A DNA stretch of 64,000 bases, from positions 1-64,000 of the forward strand of contig NW_026515697.1 of NCBI RefSeq assembly GCF_025526975.1, in the 5' to 3' direction. The notes below the pieces were generated by a model that was not told the DNA's origin, searched no databases, and worked only from the letters and a program-made list of their open reading frames with translations. Made by a program: the position numbers and the translations under genes. Each line of letters begins with the position of its first letter. The first letter of the stretch is position 1. The DNA is from Fimicolochytrium jonesii. Its lineage: Eukaryota. Positions 1 to 11,431 of the stretch are shown one piece after another.

Positions 1-850
1 AAGGTCAACCTCTCATCGGCGTTCCATCCCCAGAGCGATGGACAAACCGAGCGGACCAATCAGATTCTTGAGCAATACCTTCGCTGCTTTTGCAACTATC
101 AACAAGATAACTGGAAGGAACTCTTGTCTTCTGCTGAGTTCTCTTACAATAACACCATCCACTCCGCCACCCAGACAACCCCCTTCTACGCCAACTATGG
201 GTTTCCATCCTCGATCCAGTCTGGCTTCCGCCACCACAACCGAATCCCTTAATCCTGCAGCCGAAGCTCGTGCCAACCATCTCAAGGAAATCCATGAACA
301 GCTTGCCACTGAGCTCAAGGAGGCCCAAGGACGCATGAAGCGCTTTGCCGATGCTAAGAGGGCACCTGGCCCAGACATGAAACCCGGGGACAGTGTCTGG
401 CTCTTACAGCGGAATCTCAAGACTCTCCGACCTTCCCAGAAACTTGATCACCGTAAGATTGGCCCCTTCACAATCACGGAGAAGATCAACTCGGTCACAT
501 ATCGCCTCAAGCTTCCCCCATCCTACAAAATTCACAACGTCTTCCATGTCTCCCTTCTTGAACCACGTTTCACCATTCCGGAGCGAACTGAGCCAGAACC
601 CACCCCACCAGAAGAAGTCGAAGGACAGGAGGAATGGATTGTGGAAGACATTCTTGACTCCCGTATTCGACGCACGCACCTTCAGTACCTCATCAAGTGG
701 CAGGGTTGGCCAAGCTCGGAGAACACATGGGAGCCAGTGGAACACCTTGCCCGATGTCAAGAGCTTGTTGCCCAGTTCCACCAAAAGTACCCCGACAAAC
801 CCCGACCAAAGCCTGCCAACATCAAAACAACATCCGGACGCCGTGGCTAA
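1..850 (+). mobile_element. Ty3/Gypsy (chromovirus) LTR retrotransposon pol 3' end: integrase core end, GPF/Y module and chromodomain; contains a frameshift
   Basis: Frame 1 from base 1 reads SSAFHPQSDGQTERTNQILEQYLRCF...EFSYNNTIHSATQTTPFYANYG (integrase). The ORF 38-850 frame continues GFHPR...KLDHRKIGPFTI...IHNVFHVSLL and EWIVEDILDSR...YLIKWQGWPSSENTWEP (chromodomain). Confidence 0.97.
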
Positions 851-862
851 AGGAGGGGGTGA
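849..862 (+). promoter_or_regulatory. Polypurine tract of the retrotransposon
   Basis: AAAGGAGGGGGTGA lies directly between the pol stop codon and the TG that starts the LTR. Confidence 0.85.
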
Positions 863-1392
863 TGTTATGGACGACGCGTCCATACCATGCGCTTACCTCA
901 TGACAGCATCCCAACAGTCAGTCAATGTCAATTCCCTGTCAAAACCTGACATCTGCCAAACCTTGCAGCCGCACGCAGCCGCGCTACCCCACACCTGCCA
1001 CTGCCTTCATTTCTCCACGCAGCCGCACGTAGCCACACCTCCCAACACTCGGCGCTTACAAACCCTTCTCCATACTTCCCCACGTACCCACCCACAGCCT
1101 CAGCGTAGCCACCCCATCCCCAGTCTTCTGTTTCTATGCTTCCCCACCCTTGGCGCTTCTCTTGGCTTCCCTCTCATTCCGTACCCTTCTGCTTCCCCAC
1201 GCTTCCCCAGCCTTCCCAGAAAAACATAAATAGCCGCCTCCCCTGAGCTCCCCACTTCCTGATCCCCCAGCAGATCAACACCAGTTCTTCCTAGTCTTGT
1301 TCTAGTTCTTGTTTCGGTCTGAATACCATTACCTGTCAACAACCTGCACCACCAGTCGCCTCTATTTCCATCGGCTCCGCCCATTCATAACA
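863..1392 (+). repeat. 3' LTR (530 bp) of the Gypsy element
   Basis: Starts TGTTATG after the PPT and ends CATAACA, a perfect 7-bp inverted terminus. The following GATAA (1393-1397) is the expected 5-bp target-site duplication. Confidence 0.9.
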
Positions 1393-2361
1393 GATAATAC
1401 TGTTGGCGCTGCGCTCGGCTAACTCCGGCTCTCCGAAGATGCAGTACGACTTGCTTCAAACCAAGCCTTTCATTGACATAGCGCAGAAACATTTGCATAA
1501 AATGCTCCTGTATGTTGACTTTGAGGTTGGTGAAGATGCTCGTAGCTGTGTACGCTGCGGTCTGTTGGCTATTTCGCATGCGGATGGGGGCGAATCCGTG
1601 AACGTTACAGTACTCTTGAACCCGTGGACGCAACTCTTGCGCGATGACCGGATTGCCGTTGTAGCCTGGATTGTTTAGCAGCTCAAATATCACACTAATG
1701 TGCTTGTCGGTGATGTTTGGGAAATCGTGTAGAGGATGATCAGCTGTGGTGGGGTGGGCAGATGTAGCAGTCAGGACATTGTTTTATGGGAAGTATACAG
1801 TATAGTGTACCTCAAAAACTCACCAAGGTAGTACTTGATAAAGAAGGTGGTGTGGCGCGCAAGGACGTGAACATTGGCGATGAACGTTGCCAGGCACTCC
1901 CTTTGAACTTGATTTTGATTATGGATGATTCGGTGAAGCGAAACCTTGGTGCTGGCATGTGTTTGCGGGCGGGGTCGTTGAACTGGTGGTGGTGGTGGTG
2001 GCGGGGGTTCATACACCAGGGATCCACCCGGTGTGCTGGGAAAACGGAAAGGGATGGGCGCGGGGAGGTTCAGTGGGCGCTGCAGACCCCTGTCCGCGGG
2101 TGAAAGCCCTCGCTGCGGCTGCTGCTGCTGCCCGTCTTCATCGCCGGAGCTCTCGCCAACCATGTCTGCAATTGCTTGGGGCAAGTGGCGATGGACAGAG
2201 GGCGGGAGCTCGAATCGTGGGGGTTGCAATGGTGTGGCTGGCAGACATATGGGCAATCGCGGGGTAACCGGAGCAACCTTCCTCCTCTTCCGCCGTGGTG
2301 TGGTTGCTCCAGTAAAGATGCCACACCACAGGTGCCCCTGGAGCGCCTGGTGTGATGACAT
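1393..2361 (-). pseudogene. Fanzor1 (TnpB/Cas12-related RNA-guided endonuclease), N-terminal WED/REC half, two exons, interrupted by the Gypsy LTR
   Basis: Exon 1 is 2361-1824, intron 1823-1744 (GTGAGT...CTGAC...CACAG), exon 2 1743-1393. Spliced protein: ...HASTKVSLHRII...FIANVHVLARHTTFFIKYYLADHPLHDFPNITDKHISVIFELLNN...VQEYCNVHGF...QQTAAYTATSIFTNLKVNIQEHFMQMFLRYVNERL. This closely matches the Spizellomyces punctatus Fanzor1 N-half as I recall it (TNLKVNVQEHFMQMLLRYIN). No RuvC domain is in the window. Confidence 0.85.
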
Positions 2362-2599
2362 GTTGGCTGTGCTGTGCCGAGACAGGTGTTGCAGGTGATT
2401 GCCGTGATGGCTGTGTGTCAAAGAACTCGCGTCAGTGCTGTGGTAAAGATTGCGGAGAGCGGCGATATACACTTTGACCCCGTCCTGTTGGGGAACGTGA
2501 GTCTCAACGCACAGAGTGTTTTTTGATATGGCGTTTAAATCAATCGATGAGGTATTTCTACGGAAATAGAAAAAAAACGGGGACACGGAACCAAATTAC
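1393..2599 (-). mobile_element. Left arm of the Fanzor-carrying transposon (putative left end near 2599)
   Basis: Minus strand reads ...TTTTGTA-CATA-GTAATTTGGTTCCGTGTCCCC, about 115 bp past the stop codon of the neighbouring gene. CATA is the published SpuFz1 TAM. Confidence 0.5.
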
Positions 2600-2714
2600 T
2601 ATGTACAAAACAAAAAATTAGAGGTTTCAAGAAGAGGTGTGAGTTCTAAATGAGGAGGCGGCGAATGTGTTCTAGAACTAGGGCGTGGTGGTGAAGCTGG
2701 AGGAGCCTTCTGTT

Positions 2715-5079
2715 CTACAGGCACAGGATCATGATCAGACACAGTAGGAATATGAGGACAAAGGCGGTGACGTAGGCCCATTCATCCGGGACTGCGTGAA
2801 GAGAAGCAAAAGGAAGGGTTAGTATTATGCAAACACTAGAACGAACGACGACCGCGATTGAACGTACCTATGAACTTGATAACCACAAACCCAAACAGCA
2901 CATAACCCAACAACATCCACTTGAACAGCCTCACATTCCTCCCGCCAATCCCAAACCACCCCACATCCTCATCCTCGCTAACCGCATACACAAACCCCGT
3001 CAAGGCAGGGTGATCCTCCGTCCCCTCCATGACCAAATGGGTATTCTCATCCCTCGACGATGGGATGGTGAACAGCACCGCGTCCTGCGTTTCGAGCGCG
3101 TTTTGTTTGAAGTAAGCGCGGATAGCGGATTTCATGAGGAAGTCGTCGTCGGAGGCGTAGTAGCGCGCGATGTAGTAAGTGGGTTCGGGGATGAAGGGGG
3201 AGGAGGGGGAGAGGGCTTGTTCGAGGAGGGGGGTGCGGCCGCGGGGGCGGTAGCGGGTGGGTGAGGGGTTGCGGCGGGTTGAGATTGAGATGGATTGGGA
3301 GGTGGAGTGGGTGTGGGAGGTTAAGGGGTTGGGGATGGCGAGGGATCGGGTGTGCGATGATAGGTCGGGTTTGGATGTGGGGAGGAGGGGTTCGGTTCCT
3401 TGGTTGTGGGTCCGCATCCAGTCCTGGGCTGTTTGTGTGGGATGGTGCTCGTTTGTGAAGCTGATGGACCGCACCCGACGGTGGATTTTGGGCGTCGTGC
3501 TTCCGGCGCGGAAGTTGGCGGTAGTCCCATGTGCGCCGTTCGTGTCTACGACGCCAGTTTGCAACGGGATGGGAGACGTGACTGAGTTAATCCCGTTCGA
3601 CTCTGCGTATGCGTCATCCATGGAGCTTCTCCTGCTTTTATCAAACTTCGGTGCTGCAAGTGCGTTCCTATCAACCGGCGACTGTAGCCTAGTATCCCTC
3701 TCGCTCAGGTCGGGCTGTGCCGAGTGCGGCCTCATCTTCCTCCGGCTAACAACCTGCTTGCCCTCCTTCGGTCGGGCTTTCCCTCCCTCTTCCTCGGTCA
3801 ATGGCACGGCGTCCTCGATCACATTCTCCACAGCATCGGGCCGCATGATCAGGTGCAGCGTTCGTTTTCGGGACCCATGTTGCCCCACTCGTAATAACCG
3901 ACTCAGTCCCGCTTTGCTCCCCTCCGAGTCATGGATGTTGACTCCGCTGCTTTTTGCGCGAGGTTTCCGCCGGAATCGGTCGAATTCTCGGCGGCCTGAC
4001 CCTACTGATCCAACGGAAGCGGTGGAGAATATTGATATCATGCTGCGAATGGAGGTCGCGGATCGGATCGAGGAGAAAGATCGCACGGAATCAAACGAGT
4101 TACGGGGGTTTTCTGCCTGCGGGCTGGTGGCTATTGCCGAGGCGGCGCTGACGACGTAGTAATGAACATCTCCGACAATTGTCATGTTGTTCAAAGGCTG
4201 TAGGAATAGAATGGGGAATGGTAAATAAAACGCAGCGAAGGGTGGTTGGATGGTTGGACGATTGGATGGCTGGAACGATACCCTGGTCGCCCCGCTCGCG
4301 ATGGGGGAAAATTGGGCTGAGTGAATGAGAGGAGTCTAGCGCCCTTGGCGCGCTTCGCTGTCACTCGCCGCAGTCCGCGCTCACTCTGCATGCCATCAAG
4401 TCAAACTCACATTCTTTGCCTTCATGCGATGTAAAAGCCCCTCCTCAGGTTGCGTTCGAAAAAGAACCTTATTGATATGATGTGCAGCATAGTAACTATA
4501 ATAAAGCCTCGTCTCATCATTCGGGTCAACAGTCGTCACCCTCGCAATGATGAAATCCTTCTCCTTCTCAATATGCATCTGTATGAGGCTGTCGAAGCCC
4601 TCCAACGTGAACGGGTCTTCATTTTCGGCTTCCAGAACGTCAACGAGCACATTCTCGTGGTCGACGGAATTCACAACCGATGCGGGGGTTGGTTTTATGG
4701 GCGCTCCCGTGAGAGGGTCGGTTTCTAAGACCTGGTCTCCAGAAGCCTCGGGTTTAGGCTGGCCGACCAGTTTGATAAACTTTGGGAATTCGGGTTCGTT
4801 GGGTGAGCCTGGGGAGAAGCAGCCGTCGTCTTCAAGAAGGTGGTCGTCGTCGTACGCAGATACTGGGAAAGGGGACTTTAGCGATGTGGGTCGGGTGATG
4901 TTGCTGTGGGGAATGTTGATGCGGACATGGCTGGCGGGTTGGTCGTCGTCGTCGTCGTCGTGGCGCCCGAATGGAAGCGCTGGCGTCGAGCCGCTCGCTG
5001 GGGAGTCGCCGGTGACGGTGAGTGAGAAAGGGGAGTCTGAGGCTTCATCGACCTCTGGGAGACGAGTGTATAGCGACAT
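2715..5079 (-). CDS. Conserved fungal protein of unknown function (DUF5092-like) with C-terminal transmembrane helices; 3 exons
   Basis: DPFTLEGF...FIIARVTTVDP...YSYYAAHHINKVLFRTQPEEGLLHRMKAKN|PLNNMTIVGDVHYY joined across intron 4410-4198. Last exon 2791-2715 encodes PDEWAYVTAFVLIFLLCLIMILCL*. Confidence 0.75.
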
Positions 5080-6716
5080 TGTGTTGAAGGCGGATGTTGG
5101 AGGCTTTCCTCGAACGTGACGGGGGCGTGCGAAAGTTGAGCTTGCGAGACTGCTTCCGCTCTGACGCCACTTTAGCTCGTCTCACAACAAAAGTCCCTAC
5201 TAGTGCTAGCGGGTGGTGGTTGACCGGCCACAAGAGTCGCTCGCTGCTTGCAGTGCCCGAGAGGAGGGACCGAGAGCGAATAGGGGTTGCGTGGGGGGGT
5301 TAGTCCGAAGCGAAGCGCCGTCTCGAAATAGCCGAAATAAGGGGATTGGGCGATTGAGCCTTGCGGGGGTGCTAAACCGATATCATATGGACAGCAGTAG
5401 GAGCCTGATAGGAGAACATGTTGGACAAGGGCATCTGGCGCAACCGCGTGCCGGGACCGCGGTATCAATCAGAGCTGCGGGGTTATACTACGTATGTACG
5501 TACTACTTACGTACTAGTGCCGACCCACATTCGCAAATGGCCGACGCAACCTCTTCGCCATCGAGCACCACTTTCTCAAAGACAAACACCCTTCTGGACA
5601 TGGACGCTGCCGAGGACACAAGGAGGTCAGCCTAGGCTCAACACTGCACGCAGGACCCCTCTGGACCAGAACCACAGCGTTCGGAAGAGGGGTTGCAAAT
5701 GGGTTATGCTGGTTCGTGAATTCGCTCACAAGGGTTGGTTGCGCCGGTAGTATTCTCTGGATGTCGTTGTTTCCTCATGCCATATTATTTTTTGCTGGAA
5801 GAGGATATCGCTCACGGCGTTTCTGTGCGGGACCAATTGACATCAGCGGGCAGGTCCTGGCGTGGCATGCCTCCCGCACTTGTGGGCTCTGATTGACACA
5901 AACAAATGTGAGAAAGCCGTCCGCTTCGAATGCTATGTATATGTACATTAGATTTTGATGATGGATAGACGTTTTCGAACGCCGTCCCTTCATTCCATGA
6001 CCTTAATAACGAACATGGCAGATATGTAGGCCGACGGATTTTCGTCCCACGACATGGGATCACCTGTTATAATTTGAAACAATTTACGTCTCATCGACAG
6101 TGTAGTACGTAGTGGCGGGGAACATCCAGATCGTGCATGAATCGAGGGTGTCGCCGTACGTTTCGAGCATCCAAAAAGGAATCCCAAAATCATGTTGCCC
6201 AACTGTGAAACAACGAGCGTAAATTATGACCTCAATTGGGGGCAATCCCGTGGCTCCTGTGAACCTCGTGTACCCACGGGCAGTGACGGCCGTTTGGGAA
6301 CAAAGGCTCCGAAAATCTTATTAGCTTTCAAATGATTCCAGGCCGGCGAGAGAGAAGACTCGCCCAGGTTCAATCGGCCGCCAGCAGGATGGATGGCATG
6401 CTCAACGTGACATGCGTGGGGGGGGGGGTTCATGAATTGATGGTTTGACCTGACCGTAATGAAGAAGTTCTAATAGAGAACCGTGAATTTGGACGTGGAA
6501 GCCGCACATGCCACGACTACTCTCTCACCTTCCGCAAAGACTCCCGCCGCCCGTGGGAAAAAGCAACTTGCCCAAACCAACAAACACGACGTAAGGCCCT
6601 CATTCTCCTCGTCCAGCACAATACAGTACAATCCTCCGGTGCAATACACCCACAATATCGATACTACTCCATATAGCCTCGTTTGCCTCTTTGCTATCCT
6701 CATTCTCTAGTGTGTT

Positions 6717-9700
6717 ATGCCCTTAGCCACCGTCGCTGCTGTGCGACCGGAACTCGACCCCATTCTCGCGGCCGACAACGCATACTTGTTCCATCTGCAG
6801 CAGCTATACCCATCCAAGCACGACGTACACCCGCAGCAGCCCACTCACAGTCTTCTCCCGGAAATCACCTCGCCCACAGCCCTGCCGCCAGTCATGGACA
6901 CCGTTCGCAACGGCGCTGGGGCCGGTGGGGACCTGAATGCAACGTCCCAGGCGCGCAGCCCCAGTCCCGACGTCCCCAGCGTCGAAATTCTCTTGCAGAA
7001 TGTTATCGCCGAGCGCAACGCACTGCGGCTGCAAAACGATCAACTATGGAAAATCATCGAAAAGCAACGGCTGATAATAGCCCAGCTGCAACAGGCCGCT
7101 CATGCCCCACCGGCGCCGCCGGTATCGAGCCAGTCCACACCGGCTTCGGCAATCGACCTCGGTGCTACTTTACCGCCCCCCGAACCTGGGACCGTGTCGA
7201 GGAAACCGTCCGCACGGCGCAACAGAGCGAGTTCGGAACGGCCGCCGAGCTCGTCACATGAACCTGATATGTTGATCAGGGCGAAATTGCAGTTAGAACA
7301 CTCAGAAGGTTCCACCCCGACAACACGGCGACGGTCATTGTCGGACCCCCATAATGCGAGTAACGTTCTCACTCTACCTGCCATTCTCCAAAACGGGGTG
7401 CCGAGAAGTACTGGGTCGGCAACGAAGCGTGACCGCGACAGGATAACGCCAACATTACCGCCGGTGACGGGAAGCATCGGGAGCATGGGCAACATGTCGG
7501 GCCTTCAGCGCAAACCGTCAAACTCAAACTCTGCCGTGAGATCCCCGCTGGCCGCTGGAAGCAATGGCAGCTGGCATGGCTCCCAAGACGATGGATCTGG
7601 CAGCAGGGCTGCCAGCGCCCGGGAACGTGAACGTTCGAGGAGATCTCAGTATCTGCCGTCGGCCGAAGATGGTGGGGAAGTGGGTAATGAAAACGGAAAA
7701 GGCGCACTGAAACCACATGCGCCAAATGACAGCCGTACCCGCCAAAGATCGCACTCTGGCCGTCAGCAACGCACACGGCGGAATTCCGAGGAATCGTCCC
7801 AACACAACGAGACTCTTGGAGTCGATAGCCTTGAATTTTTCGGGAAGGAGAATGGTGTTGAATCCAGAGCGAAACGTGAGAATGGCCACGGAAAACCAAT
7901 GCAGCAAAAGGTTCAGCAACCGGAATCAAATAAAGCAGCTATCGGTGCGGAGCTATCGGAGCAAGGGGGACCGTCTTCTTTCGGAATGCCTACAATCAGA
8001 GTGGATGGCAGCATCGACGAGCCAAGCACGTCAGAAGCGCCGGAAGGAATTACGCAAAAGGAGAAACCGAACTTGCTAGTCGCTCAAGGAAGCACAGGCG
8101 CATCTGCTCTGTCATTGACAATGTCTGGGGACTCACTAGGCAAACGCGGTGAAAACGAGGGGCGGGCGTCCAAGTGCGACGAGAGGAAGTTCCTGGAGTC
8201 TCCAGCGGACATTCGAATCGCTGTGACGGGTTCCCAGCTCAAACTCAACGAGAAAGGTCGTGAAGTCCTCAGCTTCACACTAACGATCCGAAACCCCACC
8301 AACGAAGATCTGTGGAAAATAGAAAAGGCCTACGCGGATTTCCTGCAACTGGACACAAAGCTCAAAAGCTCTACAACCAAAGCGGTCTCGAGCAAAATCG
8401 GGAAACTCCCCGATAAAGCACTCTTCACCACACATTCACCGACCAAAAACGATCAGCGGAAAGTGCAACTCGAGCTGTACACTCAGAACGTGCTCGAGCT
8501 ATGCAGGCATAGTCCGGAGATGATTGCGTTCTTGTCTACGAACGTGCTTGACGCTGCTAAGCAGTCGGCCGGTGAGACGGGCGCAAACGTCTCTGGCACC
8601 ATCAAGGAGGGATACCTGTTCAAGAAGGGGAAGAACTTTGGCGCGTGGAAATCCCGTTTCTTCGTCTTAAGATCGGGAGGTGCATTCGAGTACTTTGAGT
8701 CTCAGAAGGACCGCACGAGCTTGTTGGGTGGTATCAAGCTCAAATACGTGTTTGTGTCCCGACAATCGGGCACGGCACCGCTGGATGGGTTACCGACCAG
8801 CGATGACGGGACAGACACGCAGTCTGGGAATGACACGGATTATCGGCATGCGTTTATGTTGACGGAGTACAAGAAGAGCTGCTTTGCACCGGAGGCGAAG
8901 GAGAAGGGTGGCGAGCAGTTCTCGGAGAGTAGGGTGATCAGCCGGCATATTCTGTGCGCGGAGAATGATGAGGAGAGGGATGAGTGGGTTCGTCTCATCG
9001 CGAGGGAGATCAAGTTGGTACGGCCAGACACGACTAGGAACGGACGGAAACCGGTTGACGAACGAGGCGAGGTGGCCGAGCCCTCGCAGCAACAGCAGCC
9101 CGGCCCAACGATCGAAGACCGCGCACAGCCGATAGATATCAAAATGGCACCCGGACGGGATGCAAGGGTCCAGGACATCCAGCAGGAAGATCCCTTCAGC
9201 GCGCCATCACAGCCCTCTACCGGGTTCGGCCAATCTCCGGACGAAGCACCGGTCCAATCCGAGACTCCGGAAGAACATCCCGTAGCGCCACGACGGACCG
9301 CCTCGATCGCGATCATGTCCACCTCGAACGAAGCGCTTTCGTTGGCGCACGCTATGGGCGGCGGACGCGCGGGAACGACGTCCTCCTCATCACCGTCCAA
9401 AGGACGCACCCGCAATTTCGTTGACGACAACGAGCGCGTGATGATGCAGGCCGAACCTCCACCGCTGCTCTCGCCCGAGGAGAGTCGCGAACGGGGCCAA
9501 AGCGCGGCCGTCAACATCCCGCAGGCGGGCTCCAAAGCTACCGATAAGAAAAGCAAGCGGATCACCACGTTCAACTGGGGGAAGAAGAGTAAAGACCAGC
9601 TCTCGTCGTCGAATTCGCGGTCGCAGACTTTGAATGACCGCGGGCGACGCGTGTTTGGGGTTCCGTTGGATCAGGCGGTTGCTATCAGCCGCGTGAGGGA

Positions 9701-11062
9701 GGACTTGCAGCTGCCTGCTGTGTTGTACAGGTGTATAGAATATCTGGACGCGAAGAATGCGAATGAGGAGGAAGGGATATATAGGTTGAGCGGGAGCTCG
9801 AGCGTTATTCAGGGGTTGAAGGCTGCCTTTGACGCTGGTAAGTGGGTGCCGTATCATCACTTTTTGAGGTCCATATGATTTTACTGACCTCGTTTCCTGC
9901 AATGACAGAGGGCGATGTGGATCTCCTAGGCAGCCAGCAATTCTACGACGTCCACGCAGTCGCCGGCCTCCTTAAACTCTACCTGCGCGAGCTCCCCTCC
10001 CCCGTCCTCACAAAAGAACTCCAACGCTCCTTCCTGCACGTCATGGACCTCGCCGACCGCGAGGAACGCATCTTCGAGCTGGCTCGACTAGTCGCCCTCC
10101 TCCCGATCCCCAACTACACTCTGCTTAAAATCCTCATGGCGCATCTCGTCCGTGTCGTGCGCCGCGCGGATATCAACAAGATGAATATCCGCAACGTCGG
10201 GATCGTGTTCAGTCCGACTGTGGGTGTGCCTGCGGGTGTTTTCACACTGATGATGGCGGAATATGCGTCGGTGTTTTGGTGGGATGGGCGGGAGGAGACG
10301 AGGAATGAACGGATATTTAATACCGAGCCTACGGAGCCGATGGAGGTTGAAGCTCAACACCAGCAGCACCATGGAGGCGCCGAGGAACAACCGACGTCAC
10401 CTACACCAACGTCGCCGCCCGCGTCGATACTGTCGGAACCCATCCCCGTAGAAGACACGTCGGACCTCCCCCAGCCGAAACGCCGGCAACCCAACTCTGC
10501 CAAACGACGACAACGCCAGAACGCAATGATGGCCGGCCAGGCCCTCATGAACGGGTCCAACAACCCCGGAGGCGACGAGCCCACCCACAACAACCCAAAC
10601 AACAACAACATCTACGCCATTCCCACCCAACCCGTCCTCATCGACGCTGGAGGCCCGGATTCCATCAACAGCACCTCCGCCCCCCAACAACCAGGGGGCG
10701 GTAGCTACCACAGCACCACCCGCCACTCCCGCACCCGCCCCCTCAGCACCGGCTCCAAACGCGGGCGCGAAGGGTCCGCCAAACAATCCCAATCCTATCC
10801 AAACGAAACCACCGACCTCTCCACCCAATTCCACCGCACCTCCGCCAGCCTCCCGCCCGACCAAGCTTCCATCAACGAGGTCTTTGTCGACGGCGAGGAG
10901 GAGGTTGAGGCGGACGACGAAGTGGGCGATGAGGAGGAGGATGACGGGGATCATGGCGAAGAGGAGGAGATGGATGTGGATGGGGATGGGAGTCGTGGGC
11001 ATCCGTCGAGGGCGAGGACGTATGATGCGTATTTTGGTGAGGGGGGGGAGTTGTTTCGGTGA
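6717..11062 (+). CDS. BEM3: PX-PH-RhoGAP protein (Bem3-like Rho GTPase-activating protein)
   Basis: PX (WKIEKAYADFLQLDTKL...LPDK), PH (KEGYLFKKGKNFGAWKSRFFVL) and RhoGAP (VFGVPL...EEGIYRLSGS; DVHAVAGLLKLYLRELP; NKMNIRNVGIVFSPT). One intron near 9838-9908. Confidence 0.9.
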
Positions 11063-11431
11063 CGCCTGACTTGATTCTGCATTGAATGAAGGGGAGTAGG
11101 ATAGATGGATAGTTCCCCATCCGCCGCACACACATTACACACACGGACCGTGTCCTTGTACAAAACCCACACGCCTACCACACTGTTTATATATTTTCTG
11201 TTGTTGCGAGCTTTCTAAGGAAGCAGCATGCATGCATTTCACAAACTCATTAAATTCGCTTCTGCATCCATTCATCTCGTGTACTCTGCTTTTTTCATCA
11301 TTTCACACTGCTGATCACCAAAACATGACATCCCAAAACTCGTCTACAAGGAGCGTCCCTCACTTCCATTTGCGTTTTACTCACACTCTTGTAAGAGGAG
11401 ATAGGAGTAATATTGAGTAGTCTCTTTGTTC

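Noticed and set aside
393..1229. 278-aa ORF overlapping pol and the LTR
   Set aside because: Alternate-frame, low-complexity read-through with no recognisable domain.
3257..4159. Long antisense ORFs (also 8840-9574, 13386-13988, 41815-42546, 54948-55931)
   Set aside because: Shadow ORFs opposite GC-rich real genes; no independent motifs.
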